Shown piece by piece: positions 32,971 through 45,418 of a DNA stretch of 64,000 nucleotides. This DNA is from Mayamaea pseudoterrestris (lineage: Eukaryota): the NCBI GenBank assembly GCA_027923505.1, contig BROI01000002.1, positions 2,046,001 through 2,110,000 on the forward strand, read 5' to 3'. The notes beneath the pieces are model-generated. The model was not told where the DNA came from. It saw only the letters and a list, made by a program, of their open reading frames with translations, and searched no databases. Both the position numbers and the translations under genes were made by a program. The first letter of the stretch is position 1. Each line of letters starts with the position of its first letter.

Positions 32971-34379
32971 ATGAAGGTGGTTGGTTACTTACTTCTTGTC
33001 TCTGGATTAATCCAAGTACAGTGTGCGCTTGATGTGCCGGAAGAGGATATCGCAGCTGATAGTCCAACGACCCGGCAAGAGCAGAGTTCCATTGCGAAAC
33101 CAAAACTCCATCAATCGAGCCGGGCTTTGCAACGAAACACGGAGCGCGTCCTTGTCAAATACTACAACGAACAAGGAAAGCAGCAAGTTCTCGCTCGGTC
33201 ATCGCGCATGTATCATCAATTCACCAAGAAGAATGTCATGGCTGTCGAAATTGACGTTCGAAACTTGCGCAAGCTCCGGCGAAATGCAAACATTGCTTCC
33301 ATTGAGCAGGACCGCATTTACGAGGAGCAAGGCTTTCACGAGTATACCTTGACCGAGGAGGAACAATCGCACCGCAAACTACAGCAAACCATGCCGTATG
33401 GAATCTCCATGGTGCAGGCGGACCAGTTGAACGTTGGAAGGTACCCAGTTGCTGTATGCATTGCCGATACTGGTGTCGCAAAAAAGCATCCCGATCTTCC
33501 AAAGGGACTCTTGAAGGGTGCAGACCGTAGATCAAACATTACCAATATGCGACTCAGATGGCGCAAGGACCGGCGCGGCCACGGAACACACGTGGCAGGC
33601 ACCATTACGGCAAAGGACAATGGCTTTGGCGTTCGGGGCATTGGCAAGATTCCCATTTTTGTGACGCGGGCACTTGATGATAGTGGCCAAGCCAGGGAAT
33701 CGGATGTTTATGAAGCGGTTGAACAATGTACTAAATCGAACGCGAGGATTGTCAGCATGAGTCTTGGTGGAGGGGGCATGTCGCAAACCTTCAAAGACCT
33801 TTTGACAAGCTTGTACGACAATAATGGCTTTTTGCTCGTTGGCGCCTCTGGAAACAATGGCGCCAATACCGTCAGCTGGCCAGCGGCTCATCCCAGGGTG
33901 ATTGGCGTCGGTGCTGTTCAAGATGATCGCTCGATTTGGCCTGCTTCCAACTATGGAAGCCAGGTTGAACTCAGCGCACCTGGTAAAATGATTTTGTCAA
34001 CCACCATTAATGCAGCGGGTTCATATGTATATAGGTGAGCATGCAGGCTTTTCAGCCACTCTATTGGCCATTGTGATTCATGTTTGCATGAACCCGTCTC
34101 ACAATTCCTCGCTTTAGCTTCTACTCGGGTACGAGCATGGCGACTCCACACGTGGCTGGTGTGGCGGCGCTGGTATGGAGTCACTTTCCGCAATGTACCA
34201 ATACGCAAATCAGGTACGCCTTGACGCGGACGGCACTGGACGGAGGCGCAAGCAGTTGCGACAGTCGCTACGGTTGGGGCATTGTACAGGCCAAGAATGC
34301 CTACAATTGGCTTTTGCGAAACCCTTGTGCATCTGCATCGTGGGGACAATCTTCCGAGCCTCAGGGAGGTTGTACATGA
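32971..34379 (+). CDS. Subtilisin-like serine protease (S8), copy 1; intron 34035-34117
   Basis: Signal peptide, propeptide, and catalytic motifs ADTG, HGTHVAG, GASGN, GTSMATPHVAG (spliced). Confidence 0.93.
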
Positions 34380-34898
34380 GACAACATTCCTGTACGATAG
34401 CCATGTCTATAACACCCAATTTAGTCAACAATTTAGATCTCCGTAAATCGAAACGATGAGATATACCGCGCTTTAATCATGCGGCCGGTGTCCATACTTG
34501 CTACCGAGTATCGTATCGCATCCGTTATTCCTCCCGTTCCATGAATGTCACACCAGTACCGATATGACTTTTGTCATTTGGAAACGGCGCTTCGCCATGG
34601 CGCGATCCGCCATTGGCGCATGTCATCTCTGACATTAGATGCAACTATATCGACACAACTGCCAAGCTGAGGCTCATAACTTACAAATGAAACCCAATTG
34701 GGTTTTATGCAAGACGATGTAATAATAATTCGGACGCATTGAAGCGACACTTTTGGATTATTCGGCGAGTCGTTCCATTTCGGCCAGTCATGTCGTGTAA
34801 GCACCTTAGCTCGCGTCGTCTTGGAGAGCAAGGTCCGAAACCGTCACACCGTTGCGTTCAATGAAAAATGACTAGCTACAATTTGCAATTGAAACAAT

Positions 34899-36397
34899 AT
34901 GAAGGTCTTGATTGCTCTACTCGTTTCTTTGGTAGTGCTTCTTCCCGACCCTTCCCACGCGGAGCATGAGCCGATGGACGACGCCGAGCATCATTCATCG
35001 AGTGAAACCAATGCAGCATCCAAGCGACATGGACCAACAAGTCTCCGAAAACGGAAACGCCCCGTCAAGACAACACGAGTCATTGTAGAGTTTGCGAACG
35101 ACGCTGGAATGGACCATGCCGTTCGACTGTCAACCAAAGTCTATCATCAATCATTGAATCGACGATATTTGGCTGTCGAAATTGAATCAAGCTTGGTGCA
35201 AGAGCTTGCTGACAATGAAAACATTACAAATATCCAGAGTGATGGATTCTTTTATGAGCAAGGATACTTGGAGAAGGAAGTGTCTTTGGAGGAGCATCAC
35301 GATCGAAAGTTGTTTCAGACGACCCCATACGGAATCACAATGGTGCAAGCAGACCAAGTAGACGTCGGACAAAGTCCAGTGCGAGTATGTATTGCAGATA
35401 CAGGTACATTGGCACAGCATCCGGACCTTCCCATTAGTCTCATGAAGGGTGAGAATCGGGTTAGCAGTTTTGATACGGAACTAAAGTGGCGACGGGATCG
35501 ACGAGGACATGGCACTCATGTTGCTGGTACGTTGACGCAGTCTTCGTCCCTTGCCGCGTAACATGGTATAATGACTCAACCATCCGCTCTCGCCACAGGA
35601 ACTGTCAGTGCGACCGATAACGGGTATGGTGTACGCGGAGTTGGGCAGATCCCACTCTATATAACTCGCGCCCTCAACGACGCAGGTCAGGCACGCGAGT
35701 CGGATCTAATTGAAGCGATTGAAGAGTGCCGAAACTCTGGGGCCAGGGTCATTTCACTGTCCATTGGCGGAGGAGGCATGAGCTCGGCGCTCAGTGACTT
35801 GCTCACCAGTCTGTATCAGGAGGGCTTTCTTATATTTGGCGCTTCCGGAAACAATGGTGAAAATGCAAAAATGTATCCAGCGGCACATAGTTTGGTTGTT
35901 GCAGTTGGCGCTGTCCAACCGGATTATACCATATGGCCAAGTAGCAACTATGGCAACTGGATCGAGCTGACTGGACCAGGTAAGGCAGCACTAAAGGTGG
36001 TGTCGTACGCTTTGATACCATTGCACGCCTTTTATAAAACGTGCTGACATTTTTGGTCTTCTCAGGTAAATCAATATACTCCACAACAACCAATTCACTT
36101 GGCCAAAGTTTATACGCATATTACTCGGGCACGAGCATGGCAACGCCGCACGTGGCTGCTGTTGCTGCACTTGTCTGGTCACATTTTCCTCAATGTACCA
36201 ACACCCAAATTCGATATGCTTTGGCCAAGTCGGCCGTTGACCTTGGCGGAAGTGGATGTGATCAATACTTTGGTTATGGCGTAGTTCAGGCGAAGAGCGC
36301 GATCGACTGGCTGACTAAAAACCCATGCAATGGGGCGACCTATGGCAAAGGAACTGTCAATGGAGGATGCAGTTTATTGCAATCGCTATCGACATGA
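34899..36397 (+). CDS. Subtilisin-like serine protease (S8), copy 2; introns 35527-35598, 35980-36065
   Basis: Signal peptide; ADTG, HGTHVAG|TV, GASGN, GTSMATPHVA; the introns restore the frame. Confidence 0.92.
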
Positions 36398-36671
36398 TAC
36401 AGCGGGGTACTTTTGGAACTCATACTAACATAGAAAAATAGATACTTTTGAATGCTGACACGGTTTTTATCGTACGATTTGTGTAGTGCGACTTCCCGTT
36501 TTGGCAATCGACCATTCTGTCAATTTTGTCATATTTCAAAAGTCTCAAGGGACAAGAAGTCTGCTTCCAAAGCCATCAATGAATGGATAAATGGATACCA
36601 AGGTGGCAAAATGTAGTGATCGATTATCGAATGGCATGAGCCGACCGCAGCAATGGTGCGACGAGGTAACC

Positions 36672-38058
36672 TTATATGTTTCCGCAGCCTCCTTGCGGAT
36701 TCGTGTTCTGGCCCCATCTTGCCCCATAACAAGGATTTCTGGCGAGCCAGTTGTATGCCGCCCTTGCCTGCACAATGCCTCGCCCGAAGAAACTATCGCA
36801 TCCCGCAGCTCCTGCATCAGAGGCGGTTACTGCGAGGGCATACCTTATCTGCCGGTTAGTGCACTGAGGAAAAGAGCTCCAAACCAATGCAGCGGCACCA
36901 GCTACATGTGGAGTAGCCATGCTAGTTCCTGTGTAGAAACTGTGGAATCGAAGGCGTGAAAAGTGTGAGGGGATCATCAAAAACGTCAACTGACGAACAT
37001 CGATTCTCGCACCTGTAGATAAACTGGCCAACAGTATTGATTGTCGTGGAAAGTATCATTCTACCGGGGGCACTCAGCTCGACTTGACTGCCGTAATTTG
37101 ATCCAGACCATATTGAGCGATCTTCTTGGACAGCGCTGACACCAATGACGCGCGGATGGGCTGCAGGCCATGCTACACTGTTTTTACCATCGTTGCCTGA
37201 AGCAGCTACCAACAGAATCCCCCTATCGTACAGTCCTGTAAGCAAGTCGTAGAAAGCCTGAGACATGCCACTTCCGCCGAGACTCATGCTGATGACTTTG
37301 GCTCCGGATTTGCCGCATTGTTGAACGGCAGCCATTATGTCTGACTCTCTCGCTAGGCCTTGGTCATCAAGAGCTCGTGTTACATAAACGGGAATATCCC
37401 CGATGCCTCTGACTCCATAACCATTGTTTCTTGCACTAATCGTCCCAGCAATATGCGTTCCATGGCCCCGCGCATCGATATTCCAATACAGTGCAGCCCC
37501 AGTGATGCTTGAGTATCGGCTGGCTCCTGTCAAGAGCCTTGCCTTTAGATCGGGATGGTTCAAAGCCACGCCAGTGTCTGCAACGCAAACTTGCACGGGA
37601 TAACGACCGACATTCAGCTGGTCTGCCTGGATCATGGAGATTCCATAAGGGACCTTTTGCTGAAGCCTCCGATGTTCATGCTCATCTTGTGTCATCGTAA
37701 GTTCCTCAAATCCCTGCTCTTCATATACGCGATCGTCTTCCACGGATTCGATATTGGGATTCAACAAAAGAGTTTCAAGGATCGCTTCATCAACCTGTAT
37801 TGCCAGCACGTCTCGCTCGTCAAAATCGTGATACATTCGAGTCGCATGCGCCAAAGCGTCCTCCTTGCCTTGTTCATTCGCATACTTGACCATGACTCGC
37901 ACCGAGTTTTCGTCAACTTGGCGGGCCGATCGATGCAAATGCGTTTGATCCTCTGGTTTCGAATCATTGACGGAATTCTCGCGTGCATCGAGCACGTCAA
38001 CACTTTTGCACTGCACTCCAAGGAGGCCCGCTAGGAGGAAAACAACAACAACCCGCAT
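36672..38058 (-). CDS. Subtilisin-like serine protease (S8), copy 3; intron 36940-37012
   Basis: Signal peptide MRVVVVFLLAGLLG; ADTG, HGTHIAG, AASGN, GTSMATPHVAG; intron at the same codon position as in copy 1. Confidence 0.93.
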
Positions 38059-38836
38059 TGCAGCTGAGTGGCGTTGTTTGAAATTGTGTGTGGGACAAAG
38101 TTGTGGGACGGGCCGAAGCTTGAACTTCGAATTCAAATAAACAGCAGCATGTGTATGCTAATTTCGTCGCGTGTGTCTGTTGCTGGGCTTACCAAAAAAG
38201 TCTTCGGAAGTTTGTCATTCATTTTACTATCTGTTTTACTGTATACAATTGATATATATCATTATCTTCCCTTCGCAAAATTGACGTTTTAGCTGTTCTG
38301 ACTGCACGCTGCCCTTCGACAAAATAACAGGCTGCCAAATTTGGCTGCCATGTGAACTTGATCAGCGATTGGTCCCATTGGTCTTGGTCTGTAGACAACT
38401 GAAACTCGAATGAGTCTCCGCATTGCCATGTTGGCCGAAACCAAAAGGCTTGGTTGGGCGCGTTGATGCTTGCTACAGTAAGTTAGGGCCTTTTGAAACG
38501 TTGCGACACGATCTACCTTGACACTTGTTGTCGTAACGACTTTGTCTTTGCATGCACACGCATGGCATGAGTTCGTCATGACGACTATCACAAGATGTAT
38601 TTGAATTTTCGTCATTGCACAATGTACCCGAGAGGGACTGGCAATAGCTTGGCGTGCTACCGCTACGCGCGCATGACCTACTAGCAGTTGGCTCGACACC
38701 GATGCAGTGATTGTTATTGTCATCTTTCAAACCTTCAAACTACAACGTTAATCCTAAAATCAAACGTTAACAAGTATCAATCTACTGTACAAAAATGTGT
38801 TACCTGATTATGTAGTGTCGTTGCAATCGCACCTCC

Positions 38837-40162
38837 TCATCGCACCGCGGCTGCCACTGTCATGTTATCAAAAGGTGTTGTCACATTCTGGTCAATCATG
38901 GTCATATTCACAACCTTGTCGGAACAATAATCCGTTCCATGTTTCCAGTAGTTATGTCCGCATCTGCGATCAGGCCGCAGCAAGTTGGCCCAGTTACTAT
39001 ATCCTCCTCGACCAGTCGACAAACACTTGCTGTATGCCAGTATGTAAAAGTCAACAAAGACGGAATAGTAGTCTTTCGCTTCATAGTTGACTCCACCAAA
39101 AAAAGAGAGAAAGGACTTGCCCCGATCAATGTGCATGGGCTCCTCGGTCAAACTGTAGGTTGTAACGTGATTGTGGTACTTCCTGGCATGCTGCACAGCC
39201 AGTTTGGTCGCCTCGAGCGAATCCGTCGCCACGTAGAGTGGCGCCTCCGTTCCAAACACCAAGCCGCAGTTGGTGGCCTTCTCCACCATGTTCAACTCAC
39301 GGGATTGGTCTGACAAGTATTTGGAGCGAATGTGAACAGCATTGTACTCGTATTTAACGAGTCTAAGCTCACGCATCTTTTCATTTAGCACTGCCTGCAC
39401 TGGAGCAGACGGTGTAAAGACCAGATTCCATATTTCATGGTAAACCGTGTCATAGTCGGTTTCCCCAGCGCGGCGATCATCGTTGTACCGCTTATCATGG
39501 GCGCCAAAGCCATGCCGCACGTCAACAAGTGTTGCGTTGGAAGCACTTTCGCGAACAATGGATGCCCATGCGTCACTCTCCAATGTAGGTTCCGGAGCAA
39601 AGTTCAAGTTCGTGACAAGCCAGTCTGGCACGGTCCAGTCCAAGCCGTTTGGTGGTGGAACAAGAAACTCTTCGAGCTTGGTGGGTCGTTGCCAGTGGAT
39701 GAGAAAGAGTCGATTCAACTTGGCAGCAAGCTTGACTTTGAGTGGCAAACTTCGCAGTCTGTCGCTGGTTCCGCCGCATTGATCATCGTTCTTGATTCGT
39801 AGACAGCGCTGGACAAAATATCTTGTTTCGTTCCAGTTGGATTCGTTTAGCTGACTGCGTTGTCGTTGATGCCAAGCGACGTAATCTTTGAGCCATTGAG
39901 GTAAAAGTTTGGAAGAGTTATAGTCGATTGCTGCTGCTGTAGGTGGAGCTGTTTCTAACTGCTCGCTTGGCTGAGACTTTAATGATTTGCTTGAAGATGT
40001 ATTGTCAGGTAAAGTCTGTTGTTGTTTCGCGAAGGTGAAAGTGGTGGAATTATTGATGCAACGAAGGCAGGGCAATCGAATATAGGAGATGCCAAGTTGT
40101 GAGGCCAAGAAAATGCAAATCAAGAGAAGATGCCAGGCGCGAAGCTTCTGAAGTAACATCAT
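38837..40162 (-). CDS. Golgi type II membrane glycosyltransferase, fucosyltransferase-like (GT-B)
   Basis: N-terminal signal anchor + stem; GGTSDRLR, AVHIRS, LYVATDS and VDFYILAYSKC resemble fucosyltransferase motifs I-III. Confidence 0.55.
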   Translation of the reverse strand: MMLLQKLRAWHLLLICIFLASQLGISYIRLPCLRCINNSTTFTFAKQQQTLPDNTSSSKSLKSQPSEQLETAPPTAAAIDYNSSKLLPQWLKDYVAWHQRQRSQLNESNWNETRYFVQRCLRIKNDDQCGGTSDRLRSLPLKVKLAAKLNRLFLIHWQRPTKLEEFLVPPPNGLDWTVPDWLVTNLNFAPEPTLESDAWASIVRESASNATLVDVRHGFGAHDKRYNDDRRAGETDYDTVYHEIWNLVFTPSAPVQAVLNEKMRELRLVKYEYNAVHIRSKYLSDQSRELNMVEKATNCGLVFGTEAPLYVATDSLEATKLAVQHARKYHNHVTTYSLTEEPMHIDRGKSFLSFFGGVNYEAKDYYSVFVDFYILAYSKCLSTGRGGYSNWANLLRPDRRCGHNYWKHGTDYCSDKVVNMTMIDQNVTTPFDNMTVAAAVR

Positions 40163-40622
40163 ATTTTGGTTTCAGATGGCTTGAATGGCGAGGAGAGAAG
40201 GAGTCCGAGAAAGAAGTGTGACTGCAAAAATCCAGGGTCATCCAGCAATATGCGAGGGCCAAGTGCACGCAAGCTCTCGCGACATCATTGGCGCGCGCCA
40301 CGTGAACTGCAAGGGTTTTCCAATCAAGACATATGCCCCTATGTCTCAATCGTAAACACGACCCACGGGGAAATCAATGATCGCACCGGTTTTCGGGTAC
40401 GTCAGCCGACGACCACCATCCACCATGGACATCATCATCGCTCGCGCCGCCCGAAACCTCATCGTCGTTTTGACAAGTCTCGACGACTCTGTTTAAACTA
40501 GAAATCATTTTTCTTGACTTTATTAGATTCTGGAATAATTGGAAGTCATTTTTCTAGTCGCAAAGCTCAGCTTGAATCACTTTTTTATTGACATTGATAA
40601 TTGATACAACAACACCACAACC

Positions 40623-41629
40623 ATGGGTCCCCAAGACTCCAAAAAGACGACGCAAAAGAAGAAGCAGCAAATGATCGAAGACAAGACATTTGGTCTCAAG
40701 AATAAGAACAAGAGCAAAAAGGTGCAGCAGCTCGTCAAGGCTGTCGAAAAGAGCGTCCTTCACGGCGGCGACCCCAAGCAACGGCGCCTCGAGGAGCAAC
40801 GCAAGCAAGCCAAGGAAGCTGCCAAGGCAATGCGAAAGGCGCAAAAGGATGAACAGGATGCACTCTTTGGCGAGGCGCTACTTGCCATTCAAAAGAAAAA
40901 GACGACGGATCAAAAGGCTGGCAAGACGGAAGCGGTTGGTCGAGATGGTGACGATGATAACAAGAAGGGTACCAGTCGCGCCATGAAGATGATGTTTCAA
41001 ATGGATGCACAAGAGATGGAAGATCGGTTAAAGGAAGATGTACGTTGGGTGTCTGTGCAAGTGTTATGCTTCTGTACTGTAAATGTCAGAGCTTGCTGCT
41101 TGGAGCTTGGTGTCCGGCCGCTCGTCACCTCATCATCGTTTACAATCTGCTCATCTTACCCTTGCTCTTGCCCATGATAAATATATAGCCAAACTACGTT
41201 GCGACCATTGAAGATAAGATTGAATCGGAGCGTCAGAAGAAGCTTGCCGAATTAATTAGCAAGGGCATTAAAGGCACGCCTGTGACACCAGAAAGCTTTG
41301 CCGTTTGGCAGGAGCGCAAGCGACAAAAACGTTTGGCCGACGCGAAAAAGACGGTGGAGGCCGAGTTTCGAAAGAAAAAGGGCGGCAAAGGATTATCCGT
41401 CTTGAGTGGAAGAGACTTGTACGAGTACAAGCGAGACTTGTTTGATAAGGTGGAGGATGATGATCAAGATAACGATATTGACTATACCCGATCAGATGCG
41501 GATGCTACAACATTCGTGCCGCCACCCAGGGCTAATGGTGGAGCTATTAATGAGCTTGCTGATAATGTCAAGACTGACTTGTTCCTGGATGGGAACGACG
41601 ATGATTTGGATGACATAGAAGATGACTAA
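40623..41629 (+). CDS. TMA46/ZC3H15 (DFRP1) family protein; intron 41040-41188
   Basis: IEDKTFGLKNKNKSKKVQQ N-terminal signature; DFRP C-terminal IEDKIESER...GTPVTPESFAVWQERK...LSGRDLY. Confidence 0.85.
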
Positions 41630-41777
41630 TAAAGTGATTAATCATGTCGGCTAGGTTATATGCATTTCGTATGAATAGCAACTGAATTAACGACGCACTT
41701 GCTTTCGTATTCCTCGACGGGGATTCTATCGCATCCATTAGAGCTCATCAACCGAAGTGCTCATGCTCAAACTCCAT

Positions 41778-42410
41778 TTACTCGTCATCATCCAGATTCG
41801 GATGCACTCGATCCCACTCCTTGGGAACTTGAGACCGATCCAAATTTTCACGATGCGGATACTCCATTCCCTGAATACTACTCCGCAACTCGTCCAACTT
41901 TTCAGGCGTAAATTCTCCTCGAATGGCTCGTTCGCGAATATCGCGCTGAATGGCAACCGCCTGCTCGTGCAGCTCCTGCCTCGTCCAGGCTTGCTCTGGT
42001 TTCTTGACGGTAAAGTCGTACCACTTGGGGACCCACTTTTCGCGAAACGCAGCGTCAGTGGCAATCTTGCGTCCCAAGAATGGTGTCGACAAGAAAGCCA
42101 CGAGAAAGACTCCGACCACGGCAAACTGCGCCTGCGCCATGAACTGACGTTGAGGTCCTTTTGCATCGTTGGGCTTGCTTTTGAGTTTGCCTTGTCTCAT
42201 GAGTTCGCGTGTTTCATGATACTCCTTCATCTTGCTGTTGGCTTGACGCAAGTAGGCTTGCTGGTCGGCCGCCGTCTTGAATCGAGGCTGCGTTGTGGTG
42301 CTGTTTTGGTCGCTCAGGAATCGACGACGCGTAGCGTTTACGACGCGGGACTGCCGACATGCGGAGCGACTAGATATTAATGTAGCATTGGCAGCAGCGG
42401 GGCGAAGCAT
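41778..42410 (-). CDS. Putative mitochondrial single-pass membrane protein, unknown function
   Basis: Arg-rich presequence ending RRRFLS; one hydrophobic helix (FAVVGVFLVAFLSTPFLG). Confidence 0.7.
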   Translation of the reverse strand: MLRPAAANATLISSRSACRQSRVVNATRRRFLSDQNSTTTQPRFKTAADQQAYLRQANSKMKEYHETRELMRQGKLKSKPNDAKGPQRQFMAQAQFAVVGVFLVAFLSTPFLGRKIATDAAFREKWVPKWYDFTVKKPEQAWTRQELHEQAVAIQRDIRERAIRGEFTPEKLDELRSSIQGMEYPHRENLDRSQVPKEWDRVHPNLDDDE

Positions 42411-42676
42411 ATTGCTAATAGGAGTGCAGGTTATAGACTCAGTTGCAGAGATGATTGTGACGATCTAATCCGCCATGGTGAGAACGGACCGCGCCTTCGC
42501 AGCGATTTCCGTGAGTCAGTCGGACAAATTCTGTGTCTCAGCGTTTCTCATTTGATGTCTTAGCGTTTCTCGACTCGCCACCAAAGAACTCGTCTCACTT
42601 TTGTCCGCTGGGATGTGCATTTCTATCGAAGAAGTGAAATGAGCATTGCCGCAAAAGGAATAGCTTTAACATAGCA

Positions 42677-45418
42677 ATGTCGAAAAATAAGCAATATGTC
42701 TTTGAGCAACTCGGAGCACCAATTAATTTGTTTCGCAACGAGTCCGCGTACACGCCGATGCACGACGAGCCCTTGAACATGGACGCTCCAACATTCTTGG
42801 ACTATCAGCGAAAGCTCAAACGAAGCCAGGCTCGTTGGTACTACATGATGGATTATAAATCCATTCGGCCAGTCATGCAAAAGCTGCCAAGAGGATTTCT
42901 TGGTCCTGCGTACAAGGCTTACGATGACGCTGGAGAGGATGATGATGACGATGATGACGATGACGACGAATTTGAAGCTCCTTCCAAGCACCGCATGAGC
43001 AAGTATCATTGCTTATCATTGGATCAAGAGTCAGCAAACGATGATGACATGACGAATGACGCCAATGATGGCGACGATTCGCCAAACATTGACTGGACCT
43101 TTCTTTATAGCAGTTCACTTCCATTACAGCAAGAAATTCGCGCGCAAATGCTTCTTTCAGCTAATGAAGCCGTTCCGAAGAGTGCAAAAGCTATTCGAAA
43201 ACGTCTCAAGTTAATGCGGCTTTACCAGCAATATGATGCGCTTTATTTGCCTCGACGAATGCGAGCACCTGCAGGCGCAAATCTGAATAAGTCACCAACG
43301 AGTCGACGCCTTTCCAAACGAGCGGCACAACTGACTCGACGAATGGATCGAAACCGCCTCGATCGCGCCGATCCATCCTACTTGGCACCCTTTGACGCTA
43401 CAGTGATTAACGAAATGGCCCGCGACGATTTAGTTGAACAATACCCGGTAGCATGCGTCAATTCCGGAGCTGAATTTGTCAGCAAGGCGGCGCGGCGACA
43501 GGATTTATATTACAACAACATGGACAGTTGCGAGGCACCAGTGCACTATGGAAACTGCCTTGCTACGACGACTTGTCCCTGTGACTATTGTCGAGCAAGT
43601 GCGAATCCTTCTTGGTGTTTGCTTCATGCGACTGGACCGCTACTGGATCGAATCACATGCTCGTTTCTGCAGTTCCCAGAGGATGCATTGCCTGATCAAC
43701 AAGCTTCAGCCACAGGCGCTGCAGCAGTTCTGGACATTGGCGATAGTCTTAGACAGCTGGAAGAGTGCGGAACTGACATGTTTGTCGCTCGAACCATGCT
43801 GCATCTTACCGTCTTTCGACTTGTTGCGCCAACGTGCACATTGGCCTCATGTGCACAAACGGTTCAGTTTCAAACGCTACACCGAATTGATTTGAGGAGC
43901 GCAAATCGAGCACGATCATCGTATCTCCCGATCGACATTACATGCCATCCAAAGTATGGAAGGGGCTGGACTGATGCAAGCATCGTGGGGGTATACAACG
44001 ATACCAACCGGCGCGAGCAAAAGACGTTGAAGCACTTTCAAGCTGGCGACGCATACTTGCGAGAGACAAGCCATTACATTTCCAATCTGGAAACAATCTT
44101 TAGAGTGGAATACAGTTCCCATCATCCCATGGTGCTTTGGTCTGTTGCTCGGTCGCACGTTTCCTCAATGTTGGCCGAGTCTGAGACTTCCACGCAACAC
44201 CCACGATCCGGTCGTGGCTTTTCTTTATATAGCATTGATCTTCGGTCAGACCAGGGCACCTTCCAGTGGAGCCCAAGCGCCGAGGAGTTTCGTGTGGAGG
44301 GAACGCATTCTCTGACGGGCGTATTCACGGATTGGCACAAGGATCACGCAGTTTTTGCATCTTCAATATCAGCTGGAAAGACGTGGGAAATTGATACGAG
44401 AATGCCGTGTCGCTCAATTTGTTCATGGTCACTTCCTTCGAGATGTGATGACTCGGATACTGTTCTGAGTCCAATGAGTCTAAATGGGTATGGTTCGTTG
44501 TTTGCTCAACCGAAACGAGCTTCAAATGATCAAGGTCTTCTGTCGTCGCTCCCGGTCCTGAACGTCAGTACAGCTCCACTTGCGTTTGGAATTCACTGTT
44601 ATCAACGACCAATTCACGGCCCTCGCTATCACGCAAAAAGTCTGGAATCACCAGCAAGCCCTGCGCTGGCATTTCTCAGTGATGCAAGCATTGCAGCCAG
44701 TTCGTCCTTTGCGTTGCCAGACGTTTCAGATCGAGTCTTTACATGCGGTCTTTGCGCCATTGAACTTCCAACACCCCGGATTCTCACACCCAACAAGCTT
44801 GCCCAAATCGGGTGTCACCAGAGTGACATCGAGGGAGCTGCCTGTGTCATTTCTACCACCAGCAAGGGCGATGTATACTCACACATACTGCTGGCGTCAA
44901 CAGCTAGTCACAGCAAAAGTAAAATATACGACGACCTTCCCCTCGGGACGAATGCCGTGCCGCTACCTGACGACTCTTCCGATTTTCTCACATCCCTTTC
45001 ACGCGAAATGTTTTCGGGCCCAGGAAGAATTTGCGTCTCATTGACACGTCAATATCCTATACCAAGTTCGGCTATATTGTCTGTGCGAACAAAAAATCCT
45101 GATAGAGAAACTGGGTCGCCGCTGAAACAGGCTGCAGACGCAATGGATGAGCGCATGGAAGACGAAGTACGCGTGCCTCCGTCCCTCGTGAACGATGCGG
45201 TTGTGACGGAGCAAAACATGAGTGGAAACAATGTACATCTTCCGCAAGAGCTTGCTGACCAGTGTGCGGATGAATTTGAAGAGGCCTTTTCGTCTTTTGA
45301 TCATCGTACTATCCGTGGCGCCAAGATGAATAATGGCGAAGAAATTAGGACAGACTTGACGACTCACCTATTGACGAAATCTGCTGGCGCTTGGCCTGAC
45401 CTGATGAACGACAACTGA
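42677..45418 (+). CDS. 913-aa protein, possible TAF1C/Rrn6-like RNA polymerase I initiation factor subunit
   Basis: Long intact ORF. HHPMVLWSVAR, SIDLRS, EIDTRMP...W and STTSKGDVY resemble TAF1C beta-propeller motifs (recognition from memory, not a search). Confidence 0.5.
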   Translation: MSKNKQYVFEQLGAPINLFRNESAYTPMHDEPLNMDAPTFLDYQRKLKRSQARWYYMMDYKSIRPVMQKLPRGFLGPAYKAYDDAGEDDDDDDDDDDEFEAPSKHRMSKYHCLSLDQESANDDDMTNDANDGDDSPNIDWTFLYSSSLPLQQEIRAQMLLSANEAVPKSAKAIRKRLKLMRLYQQYDALYLPRRMRAPAGANLNKSPTSRRLSKRAAQLTRRMDRNRLDRADPSYLAPFDATVINEMARDDLVEQYPVACVNSGAEFVSKAARRQDLYYNNMDSCEAPVHYGNCLATTTCPCDYCRASANPSWCLLHATGPLLDRITCSFLQFPEDALPDQQASATGAAAVLDIGDSLRQLEECGTDMFVARTMLHLTVFRLVAPTCTLASCAQTVQFQTLHRIDLRSANRARSSYLPIDITCHPKYGRGWTDASIVGVYNDTNRREQKTLKHFQAGDAYLRETSHYISNLETIFRVEYSSHHPMVLWSVARSHVSSMLAESETSTQHPRSGRGFSLYSIDLRSDQGTFQWSPSAEEFRVEGTHSLTGVFTDWHKDHAVFASSISAGKTWEIDTRMPCRSICSWSLPSRCDDSDTVLSPMSLNGYGSLFAQPKRASNDQGLLSSLPVLNVSTAPLAFGIHCYQRPIHGPRYHAKSLESPASPALAFLSDASIAASSSFALPDVSDRVFTCGLCAIELPTPRILTPNKLAQIGCHQSDIEGAACVISTTSKGDVYSHILLASTASHSKSKIYDDLPLGTNAVPLPDDSSDFLTSLSREMFSGPGRICVSLTRQYPIPSSAILSVRTKNPDRETGSPLKQAADAMDERMEDEVRVPPSLVNDAVVTEQNMSGNNVHLPQELADQCADEFEEAFSSFDHRTIRGAKMNNGEEIRTDLTTHLLTKSAGAWPDLMNDN

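Noticed and set aside
38289..38730. Cys-rich short ORFs between subtilisin 3 and the glycosyltransferase
   Set aside because: Non-ATG starts, no recognisable domain and no clear splice model.
41040..41188. Cys-rich read-through of the TMA46 intron as the missing zinc finger
   Set aside because: No C-x8-C-x5-C-x3-H spacing, it ends in a stop, and canonical splice sites restore the conserved frame.
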